Source: Lytechinus pictus | Lineage: Eukaryota | NCBI RefSeq assembly: GCF_037042905.1 | Contig: NC_087259.1 | Location: forward strand, 23,126,001 to 23,190,000 | Direction: 5' to 3' | DNA: 64,000 nucleotides | Shown: piece after piece, positions 27,001-39,000 of the stretch | Position numbering within the stretch: position 1 is the first letter of the stretch | Layout: each line of letters starts with the position of its first letter | The notes under the pieces: generated by a model | Seen by the model: only the letters and a program-made list of their open reading frames with translations | Databases searched by the model: none | What the model was told of the DNA's origin: nothing | Position numbers and translations under genes: made by a program

Positions 27001-30000
27001 AAATCCACTCAAGTGTGAATTGAATTCTGAAGGGGGCAGTGGAAAACAGCACAAACTGCAGCAGCAGAAAACATATCATACAAACAAGAAAACACCGCAA
27101 CTCGATCATAATCTGTTCGATCTCTTAGCTCGCTCGTTTCCACAGTCACTTGATCATTTTGTAAGGGACCTTGCCAAAACAAAATAATCACCTACATCTG
27201 GGGGCCTACATATTGTTTTTATTTTTTACGTGTGCGGTCATTGTTTTAATCTTTCCCGCGTGCGGTCATACACGCAGTAATCTTTACCCGTTACATTTAC
27301 TAACATTCTGTATAAATTCTTACACTTAGACCAAGGTGATGTCGCCGTGACGGAGAGAGCGGGAAATCTATCTCACTGGTGTTCGACCGAGCATCATCAG
27401 TTCATAGCATCCGACGCACAGTGCAATGGAGTATTTGAGTGCGCTAACTACACAGACGACGCAGAATGCTTCGGTGAGTCACGTGCACTTCACATATTGA
27501 CCAATCAAAATTGTCTGTGAAAATAGTGGCGCGTAGTAATGATAACGAACATTCATACCTTGTGCGAACGTTATGTTCGCTTATGTTCGCTTCGTTATGT
27601 GTTTGTCTTCATAAATCTATTAAATAAAAGAAGCTTAATGGTGCTCGATGACTGGGCGTTGTGGCGTGCGCCTGTCATCCAAGCTATGTGGGGGAAGTTA
27701 CAAATTGATGCAGAGGTTCGAGCCCTGGTCACGTCTTTCGGATGGTGACGCTAAAGGTCGGTCCCAGATGTAAATAATCATATCTGATTGATACACGTCT
27801 GACAAAACTCAATTACACACACACTCGATCGGTGTACCCATGACCCTCTGGTTTTGCGACCAATTGAAAAATTTATCTCCCCAAAAACGATTCTCATTGG
27901 GTTTGTTTAAACCATACTAGTATGCCTTGAAACGATTATGTTTATTGGACATTGTGGTTTTGCGATTGACCACAAAAACGTGACCCTTATTTGTTTAATC
28001 TACAGGTCGGGTACTAAACAATGTGAAAACTATTGACATTCTGAACCAAAAAAAGTTTTTCATCTGTCTTCATTCTTCTGAAAAATATGTATATTTAAAA
28101 TCATACTTGACCGTTTAAAAACAGATATAAAGTCCGAATAAATAAAAAATATCTACGTGTTTTCCGTTGTTCATATAATTTATTTATTAGATTTTGTAAC
28201 AAAACTTAAAGCTAAATTTTTAAAGGTCCATTACCATATTAACCCATTTTAATGTCGTCAGTTTCACGTTTTGTTTAAAGTCTTCTTTTATTTACTCTCT
28301 GCTCATGGTGTTCGTCCGATATCGTTAAGACCGTTCAGCAAATCGTCTCTTTAAAAGTTTAGCAAATAAATAAGCTTTTTGTTAAACTTTTTAACTTTTA
28401 ACCGATAAATTTAAACTCCCGCTTTTATAGATGAAGAGTTTGGCAGGGAATGTGGACCAGGCTTTCACCAGTGCATGACTTCACCCGAGTTGTGTGTCTC
28501 ACAAGAAAGGGTTTGCGACGGTTGGAATGACTGCCCCTTGGGAGACGACGAAGAAAATTGTGGTAAGAACTTCGATGTCATTGACTACGGTATCAACATA
28601 CGTCATCGATGACGGTTGTATTACTCTTGCATTCATGCCAATAACGGGGGTGGAGATGGAAATGTTGGAAGTGATGTGGTTAGTAATGAAGTAAATGGAG
28701 ATTAGAATGATAACGACACGAATGATGATGATGATCGATGACGATCGTGACGATGTTAGTGAAGACGATAGTAGTATAAGAACGTCTCCAGCGTCATGAC
28801 GTATATAATATTACGTAACCCTCATGAATATTAATGAGGGTCGTGAATACATAATGAGGGGTCTTGGGCGTCATGACGTCATCCGAGCCCTAGCCTTAAC
28901 CCTAGCCATAACCCTAACCGTTAGAGTACCAGCAACTGTAACCCTACCGAAACCCTAACTCTAAATGTACCAGCAACCCTAACCCTACCCCCAAACCATA
29001 ATCCATCGATGTCACTGACGTCAGTCAGTGACATATGGACGACATCGATAAGGACATCGTTGGATTGCAACAGGGAAGTGCAATGGAAGGGGTAGGAACA
29101 CGATATGACATGAAATGGGTGGGGGTATAACAATAGGATAAAATACAAGGGGAGTTCTATGACATCATACTCGATATAGTCATCCATGACATCGTTGGAT
29201 TGCGACAGGGGAGTGTAGAACGTGATGGGACATGAAATGGAGGGGTCAACAATAGGTCAAAAAACAAGGAAACCTCTATAAAGGGTGGAGGAAAACCGTC
29301 ATTCGTCATTATTGCGACGAAGAAGGAGTAACACTCAAAAACTGGGACCGTCTACATACAACATGTGTAATACAACCGCAAAACGCCGACGATACCGAAT
29401 GGTGTCAAGAATTTCAGAAACAAGTGGAAAAGGCGGACTTGCTCATGGTCATCGAATATCTGGCCATTATCGAGATTTTCAAAGACATGAACAAATATCC
29501 CAAGACATGGGTGGAAGAATTGATCAAAGAAAATCCTCAGATGAAAGTACGGCAATCGTTGGAGTGCTTGGACCCTCAAGTTGGTCAAATTTTACCCCCA
29601 CATAGCGAGAGTGATGTGGCTGAGACGAGAGCTGATGGACCCGTACCTCGTCACAGAGTATGGGTTGTCTATAGCGTCATAACTTTATTATTTGTTTTAT
29701 GAATATGAATTATGACATATGTAAATTCATAACGTGTATGAAACATGGACATGACGTCATAATTATGCATAAATTATGAATAAATTAAGATTAAAGCTAT
29801 CGTGACGTCATACCGATGATGTAGTGGTCCCAAACTTTGCTTGGTTTAGAGCCCTTGGTTGTTTGCTCTCTATATTAAGCAGCTATAGGCTTGGATTTGA
29901 TTCTCAATGTTTACCTCGTTGGGTTTCATGCGAATGCATATATGGCCAGTATCGTCGTCACTACCCATCAATGATCGATTTTCTGTATGATAGGACTAGA

Positions 30001-33000
30001 ATGGCGAAAAACAATGGGGGAAGTTGTAAAGAGTGGAGAAAAATAACAATTTATTCGTCAGTTTCGTCATTTGGTTATTTTCATAATTTTGATAATTTTG
30101 TCATTTCGTCATTATTTGTTGTTCTGTCATTTGTCAATCGGTCAATTATTCATTTTCTCGTGCTGCCATTTCGTCATTCCATCCTTTAGTGGGAATAGGG
30201 TGGGAAAGGGGAGGATCGATCGGCAAGGGAGGAGCCCTGAGGGACAAGTATCCATCTTTTCATCATTGTACAATTCGTCATTTTCATGCCATCGTTTTTT
30301 ATTTTTTCTCTCGTTTTGTCATTTTGATAATTCGGCCATTCGGTAATTATTCTACCATTTGTCGATCGTTCATTAATTTATTTCTCGTTCAGCCATTCGG
30401 TTATTTCGCCGATTTATCATTTTCTTCCTTACGTTATACGCTGTTCTGCTTTTTAACAGTTTCCTAAAGAAATTGTTCATTGAAAATCAAGAAACATATG
30501 CATCACTTTTTTTCTACTTTGTTTAATCTGTCTATCATCATTGTACAATTCGTCATTTTAATGTCATCCTGTTTGTGTTATTTCCATGCCATCGTTTTTA
30601 TTTTTTCTCTCGTTTTGTCATTTTGATAATTGTCGATCAGTCAATTGTTCATTTTCTCCTTCTGTCATTCGGTCATTTCGTGGTTTTGTCATTTTCTTCC
30701 TTACGTTACGTCGTTGTTTCGTTACTAATAGTTTCCAAAAGAAATGGTTTCATTGGATATCAAGAAAGATATAAGAGAACAAACAAAATAGATGGTCATC
30801 GTGCGTATACACAATGATTGTTCATCTTCTACTCCCTCCTATACTTGTCAGATGATTCATAACAATTATTATAATGTTATATTATTGGGAGAAATATATC
30901 CCCCACCCCGCGATTGACACCCATGTCAACGATTCAACCAAAACAATATTGCTGCCTAAGTTCTTATACCCCCGAAACCTTCATTAATTATGGTCATGAC
31001 ACCATTTCCTCATTATTTCATTTTATCATTTAGTCATTTGGGCATTGTTATTTAATTCAATTTTTATTCCGTCCTTCAATTCTCTCATCATTTGACCACT
31101 TTCACCATTTTTGTTTTCATTTCCTCATATCACCAGTCATCCGTTATTAGTTAATCGGTCAATTTATCCTATGGTCATTCCGTAATCATGGTAATTTCGA
31201 TAATAACTCGTGTCGTTTCGTCATATTTCGATGTCACTGTTTTCCCATCTTCTCCTTTCATAATTTTGTCACACTCATATTTTTCTTTCCGTAATTTCGC
31301 AATCACATATTGTAAATTATTCCTATTGCCAATCGGAATTCTGGTTGTTCTCGTCATTTTTTTATAATTCTGTCGTTCAAATCGGCGTCAACGGCGTTTA
31401 GTAATTGCCGCTCCTTGAGTCGGCAACGGCGTTATGCACTTCAGTATTGCAACGTTGTAATGTTACTTGCATGCGACATCATGGTCAAAATTGCAAACAC
31501 TACAAAAAGAACAGATTCAGCCATTTCTTTTCATTTTGCGAGCTAGGAGCCATCAAGTCAACAGGATGAATAACCTCGATATATCAAAACGCTATGGCTG
31601 TTCACTATGCCATAGAACGTATAGTCGTAAATATGACATGAAAAGGCATCAACAAAATGCACACCCTGAAATGGAAAATGGTTATGATTATGCTGAAAAT
31701 GAATACGAGGATGAAGATTCCAAAAACGAGGACAGTCATAGTGATGACGGGGGAGTAGAAACGAGTCATTCAGAAAGAGATGATGATACAGAGGACGACG
31801 AATCTTCTAATTCAGAGACACCTGACATGGGCTGCGTTTATGCGACCTCAAGCCAGAATCATGATTTGAATCATGATTTGAATCATGATTCAAAACACAA
31901 ACATGAATCACGATGTCACAGAATCAGCGTTTAGACGACCTTCATTACAATGCTGTTTCTCCTCAGATTCGGGCCAATCCAGTGCGCATCACTAGTGCGC
32001 AGTTTGACAGAGGAAGTTTTTCGCACGTGTTTCGGCTCTCGAAAAATCTTTTGCTTCCAGAATTCAGTCTATACCTAATTTTGTTTACTTCTATAGGGTC
32101 CATATGCTTCTATTCATCTTGTTAGTTTATCCAAAATGGTGTTCGGAAGTGAATTTCAGCGTAGATCCAATTTAATATTAACACTCTATACTCAACAACA
32201 ACTGAGATCATTGTCTGTCCAGTTAATTCATTCACTAGAACTTGAAGTTGAAGACATGACCAAAAAATGAAAAGTAGTGGACGATGCGATGACCAACACA
32301 GAACTTGAACATGACAAGAAATGCATGCAGAGTAACCATGTACATACAGTGAGCATATAGAGAGCCTTGAGCTTGGCAAGAGTCAAACCGAAAGTAGCCC
32401 GACACAGTGAGGTCATATAATCATGATTCAAATCACGATATCGTTTATTCGAACATTTTCATACGTGATTCTGTAGAAACGTCTTTCCAAACGCCCCTTT
32501 TTTCGTAGTTCATGTTTGTGATTCTAATCATGATTATATTCAATTTCGACTAAACGCAATCGTGATTCTGCAGAATCGTGATTTGAATCATGATTCAGAT
32601 CATGATTCTAGGGTGAAAAAGTGGCGGATAAACGCACCCATGGACGACCCAGCAGACAACCTAGCTTATCAAGAATGGTACGCAGAGGCGATGGCAGCTA
32701 CCGAGCAATTGAGGAATGAAAAGCACGACAAATACATCTCTAATGGAATGAGTGATGAAGAAGCCAAAGAAAAGGCTCATGTGAAAGTTCTGTGGGCCGT
32801 CAAACGGATCTTTTTCGACCGCTATTCTAATTTTTTGCGACAAACTTTGTACCTCGAAGAGGACGACACGAATCAGGAAATAATTTCTGATCTCTCGGAA
32901 AAAGTAGAAAGTGGCATGAACGTTCGAAAAGCAGTACAACGAGTCTTAGCAAGACAAGGAACCAAGTTCGATGGATTATTCCGATATCAAGCTGAAGAGG

Positions 33001-36000
33001 ATGATGATGATAATGATGATGATGAGATGGAAGGAACCGAAGAAATTCATAACTAAAATACTGCATTGATTGATTTAGTACGGAATCTATATATTGAGTC
33101 CGTTCTTAGGGTGGAAAGAAATAATGCATATTCATTAAATCAACTGACACGAGTCTAAAACCCTTTAAAAATACCATTCTATATGTGATTACCCTGTGTT
33201 CTGTGTAATAAAAATAAATTAGAATAAGTTTATCCCAGATTTCTGTTTTTTTAGTGTGTGTGGGTTGTATGTGTTTCATAATTTCTTCATAATATTTGGC
33301 CAGCTTTACACATGGTGCTTTACCATAATAAAGAAACTTATATGGGATATCCTATATAGAGAGACAAATAATATACGTAGCAATTCATTATTAAACCATG
33401 TCTAGATGGAGTGGAAGGAAATACGATTTTGCAAATGATGACTGGTGATATGAGGAAATAAAAACAAAAATAGTGAAAGTGGTAAAATGATGAGAGGATT
33501 GAAGGACGGAATAAAAATTGAATTAAATAACAATGCCCAAATGACTAAATGATAAAATGAAATAATGAGGAAATGGTGTCATGACCATAATTAATGAAGG
33601 TTTCGGGGGTATAAGAACTTAGGCAGCAACATTGTTTTGGTTGAATCGTTGACATGGGTGTCAATCGCGGGGTGGGGGATATATTTCTCCCAATAATATA
33701 AAATTATAATAATTGTTATGAATCATCTGACAAGTATAGGAGGGAGTAGAAGATGAACAATCATTGTGTATACGCACGATGACCATCTATTTTGTTTGTT
33801 CTCTTATATCTTTCTTGATATCCAATGAAACCATTTCTTTTGGAAACTGTTAGTAACGAAACAACGACGTAACGTAAGGAAGAAAATGACAAAACCACGA
33901 AATGACCGAATGACAGAAGGAGAAAATGAACAATTGACTGATCGACAATTATCAAAATGACAAAACGAGAGAAAAAATAAAAACGATGGCATGGAAATAA
34001 CACAAACAGGATGACATTAAAATGACGAATTGTACAATGATGATAGACAGATTAAACAAAGTAGAAAAAAATGATGCATATGTTTCTTGATTTTCAATGA
34101 ACAATTTCTTTAGGAAACTGTTAAAAAGCAGAACAGCGTACAACGTAAGGAAGAAAATGATAAATCGGCGAAATAACCGAATGGCTGAACGAGAAATAAA
34201 TTAATGAACGATCGACAAATGGTAGAATAATTACCGAATGGCCGAATTATCAAAATGACAAAACGAGAGAGAAAAAAAAAACGATGGCATGAAAATGACG
34301 AATTGTACAATGATGAAAAGATGGATACTTGTCCCTCAGGGCTCCTCCCTTGTCGATCGTTCCTCCCCTTTCCCACCCTATTCCCACTAAAGGATGGAAT
34401 GACGAAATGGCAGCACGAGAAAATGAATAATTGACCGATTGACAAATGACAGAACAACAAATAATGACGAAATGACAAAATTATCAAAATTATGAAAATA
34501 ACCAAATGACGAAACTGACGAATAAATTGTTATTTTTCTCCGCTCTTTACAACTTCCCCCATTGTTTTTCGCCATACTAGTCCTATCATACAGAAAATCG
34601 ATCATTGATGGCTAGTGACGACGATACTGGCCATATATGCATTCGCATGAAACCCAACGAGGTAAACATTGAGAATCAAATCCAAGCCTATAGCTGCTTA
34701 ATATAGAGAGCAAACAACCAAGGGCTCTAAACCAAGCAAAGTTTGGGACCACTACATCATCGGTATGACGTCACGATAGCTTTAATCTTAATTTATTCAT
34801 AATTTATGCATAATTATGACGTCATGTCCATGTTTCATACACGTTATGAATTTACATATGTCATAATTCATATTCATAAAACAAATAATAAAGTTATGAC
34901 GCTATAGACAACCCATACTCTGTGACGAGGTACGGGTCCATCAGCTCTCGTCTCAGCCACATCACTCTCGCTACGTGGGGGTAAAATTTGACCAACTTCT
35001 GAGGGTCCAAGCACTCCAACGATTGCCGTACTTTCATCTGAGGATTTTCTTTGATCAATTCTTCCACCCATGTCTTGGGATATTTGTTCATGTCTTTGAA
35101 AATCTCGATAATGGCCAGATATTCGATGACCATGAGCAAGTCCGCCTTTTCCACTTGTTTCTGAAATTCTTGACACCATTCGGTATCGTCGGCGTTTTGC
35201 GGTTGTATTACACATGTTGTATGTAGACGGTCCCAGTTTTTGAGTGTTACTCCTTCTTCGTCACAATAATGACGAATGACGGTTTTCCTCCACCCTTTAT
35301 AGAGGTTTCCTTGTTTTTTGACCTATTGTTGACCCCTCCATTTCATGTCCCATCACGTTCTACACTCCCCTGTCGCAATCCAACGATGTCATGGATGACC
35401 AGAGCTGCCAACCACACTTGACCAAAAATCCTATTATTTCACCCCAAAAATCCTATTTTTAGGCAAAAAATCCTATTCATACCCGTCGTGTACTTTCCTA
35501 CTATACATCTCATTATTTTGTTGTGCTCACTGTAATTTTTACATCCGACAGGCAAGGTTCCACATTAACTTTTTTGGTGGTGGCCCGTTTGGTGGTTTTG
35601 GTGGTGGCCCGTTCGGGCCACCAAAACCTTCAAATTATTTTTGTTGGTGGCCCAATATTAAAGTTTGGTGGCCCCACCAAAACAGAACAGGAAAAAAAGT
35701 AAAAAAGTAAAAAAGAAAAATTAAAGAAAAAAAAAGAAACAAAAGACAATTTAAAAAAAATTAATAAAACAAATAAATAAAAATGGTGAAGGGGGAAAAA
35801 ATGAGAAGCCATTACAAATATTTTTTAACAGCTGTACGTAGCAACAGTTTAAGCCAATTGAGCAAATAATTTTCACTCACCTTTTGGGGATGACGCATTT
35901 CTGTTTTTATAACCTTAATTTCGTTTGTATTATTATTTTTTTAGTAGAAACATATTCTTTAATCAGGCATATTCAATGGGAAGGGGTATATGGTTTAACC

Positions 36001-39000
36001 ACTGTCAAAAAAAAAAAAAAAAAATAAGAAAACTGTAAAAGTTATATCTGGAAAAAAGGTGAGAAAAGTCCTTTACTTTGTTTGCCAAAATGTTTGAAAA
36101 ATTCACATTTCATATCAATGAAATGCCTTCCCAAAGTATTTTCTTTATGAAGAGTGATTTAAGAAGTCATTTATAAACAAAAAAGAAAGAAACTGTCTGC
36201 TTATTTTTTGCTAGAAAAGACGCAGCTTCGAAAGAAACCAAGTATCAACATACATACAAATGCACATGTGGGACTGTGATGTACTCACCTGTGTTTTTAT
36301 GTGTATTAACACATTTGGAAATCGGTCTTTTTGAGTCAAAAGAGAGGTCATAATTCCTGTTTTTAATGCTTGCAGATAATCAGTTTACACCAGATTTGAG
36401 TAATCTGGACTGTAGAAGGGCATGTCATTGGTGTAAAATGTGACTTTGACATAGATTTTCAAAGTTCTGTGGAAGATTTCTTAGCAGCAACATTTCGTAT
36501 CGTAGCTCCCCGAATCTGAATAGGCCGCTAGCGCTAGCGCACAGATATAGCTACATGTACGTAGCTGCTGTGGTTTCATGCAAAGCTCACGCCAGCCGGC
36601 CGGCAGGATAATAGCTACTGTATGCTATAGCGGTAAGGCTATGTACTGTCATGTGTGTGTGTATTTGTGTGTAGATCAACAAAAAGGGCGCATGATGATT
36701 TGGTTGCAATTTGAACTGTATAAAGTTGATAAATGCGTGAAAAATCGGAGGAAAAATTGCGCTACTTTGAAAATTATTGGTTGCCCGATTCGGGCCACCA
36801 AAACTTAACATTTTTCATTAATGATTGCCCGAGGTGTATTTCTGTAATGTCGAGCCTTGCCATAGCTATATTTTCAAAAAATCGTATTTTATCTATAAAA
36901 ATCCTAGTGTCGTATTTCAAGTGAAAAATCGTACGGAATACGACAAAATCGTACTATTTGGCAGCTCTGGATGACTATATCGAGTATGATGTCATAGAAC
37001 TCCCCTTGTATTTTATCCTATTGTTATACCCCCACCAATTTCATGTCATATCGTGTTCCTACCCCTTCCATTGTACTTCCCTGTTGCAATTCAACGATGT
37101 CCTTATCGATGTCGTCCATATGTCACTGACTGACGTCAGTGACATCGATGGATTATGGTTTGGGGTAGGGTTAGGGTTGCTGGTACATTTAGAGTTAGGG
37201 TTTCGGGTAGGGTTACAGTTGCTGGTACTCTAACGGTTAGGGTTATGGCTAGGGTTAAGGCTAGGGCTCGGATGACGTCATGACGCCCAAGACACCCTCA
37301 TTATGTATTCACGACCCTCATTAATATTCATGAGGGTTACGTAATATTACGTCATAACGCTGGAGACGTTCTTATACTACTGACGATGACGATGATGAGA
37401 ATGATGATCATGAGGATGTTGGTGGTGATGGTGATTGTAGTGATGATAATGATGGAGATGTTGATGATAATGACGGTGGTGGTGATGATGACCCTTGTAA
37501 AAAAGTACTGCGATTACCGCGGTACTACTGCGGTACTACCACAGTACTACTGCGGTACAATTGAAGTACTTGTAGTACCGCGGTACTACCGCGGTACTAC
37601 CGTGGTACTTATGCAGTAGTACCGCAGTACAATTGAAGTACTTGTAGAACCGTGGTACTATCGTGGTACTACCGTGGTACTTATGCAGTAGTACCGCAGT
37701 ACAATTGAAGTACTTGTAGAACCGTGGTACTATCGTGGTACTACCGTGGTACTTCCGTGGTACTTATGCAGTAGTACCGCAGTACAATTGAAGTACTTGT
37801 AGAACCGTGGTACTATCGTGGTACTACCGTGGTACTCTTGCAATAGTACCGCGGTACAATTGAAGTACTTGTAGAACCGTGGTACTATCGTGGTACTACC
37901 GTGGTACTACCGTGGTACTCCTAATCACTAAATATGGCTCAGAATATGCTTATTATCTGTATCAACATCCATTTTTACTAAATAAACTGGTTTTTAACAT
38001 TACAAATTGTGATAGCCAACAAATTCCTCATGTATTTCTTGGTTTTTAATTTCTTATGTATTTGTTTGATATTATATTTTTTTTGTTTTTCTTTTTATGG
38101 AAAAAATATTGAACATTATTCAACAACTTTTAGCCCCAAATCAAATGATTGCAGTGATGAAAAAGAAAAATAATGAGGGTTTTGACTATTCTTTGAAAAA
38201 AAAAACAATTCCCACAGGATTTGTACACAAATTTATATAGGCTAATTAATCTTTACATGCAATATGGACATTGAACAGTAAAATCATGCGATGTAATATG
38301 TACGCGATTGTTTGACAATCGTGATCACCTGAAGGACGCATGCGCGTATCTCGAAAAATCACGTGACGCGCGTGCACCTTTTTTATTGGATCGTAGAAAG
38401 GCGCGCGCGATCGTCTATTTTTCATTCAAGATCCACGTACGTGCAGTCGCCGCTGGCTAACGTCAGCTTAATGGACGACGCCATATTGCCAGATTCAGGC
38501 AGATTTGGCCCGCGCCCTCTCCGGCTAAAGCTCGAACGCCATTCACCCATACACTAATTCCCCTTGATTACCGTTGTTAAAAACCTCTGTCATATCTTTT
38601 CCAGCATTTTTATGAATTAGCGATTTATGTTTTTCCGTTTATCAGATATCCTTCATTATACACATATTTTTTTCATATTTATAACATTTTTATTTTAATC
38701 ACAATTTTAGTCCAAACGCGGGTCAGTTTTTGTTAACCCACGTTGTTTGTGCATGCCCACGTATAGCCTTACGCGTATTGAAAGGAATGATGTTGGGTCG
38801 AAAAACAGAATTGTTATTGTTTGTTCCTTGTTTGTTGGGGATGAAACTATGATGGCGACCAGTCACGTTTGACTGTACCGCCAAATAGTTAAGATTAATT
38901 AATTAAGGTCAAGGTGAGATAAGAGAAATGAGCAAGGGGCATTGTGGTGGGGGAGGGGGAGAGGGAGAGGGGGGGGGGGGGGGGTTACGAGGGCCGAGTG

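Larger units (their letters stand above)
28770..37381. mobile_element. Non-autonomous Polinton/Maverick-like element with ~2.37-kb TIRs
   Basis: GACGAT|AGTAGTATAAGAACGTCTCCAGCG ... CGCTGGAGACGTTCTTATACTACT|GACGAT. AGT-repeat termini with a 6-bp TSD are Polinton hallmarks. TIRs at 28770-31141 and 33437-37381. No pPolB, integrase or capsid ORFs seen. Confidence 0.85.

Noticed and set aside
29824-34605. Mirror-image hydrophobic ORFs (F/I/L/S-rich) in the Polinton arms
   Set aside because: They derive from low-complexity (TTGTCATTT)-like repeats, and the frames are not conserved between the arms.
28770-37381. Inverted arms as an assembly artefact
   Set aside because: The arms differ by scattered substitutions and indels, only one contains a TSD-flanked insertion, and the whole is bounded by a 6-bp TSD and Polinton-type ends.
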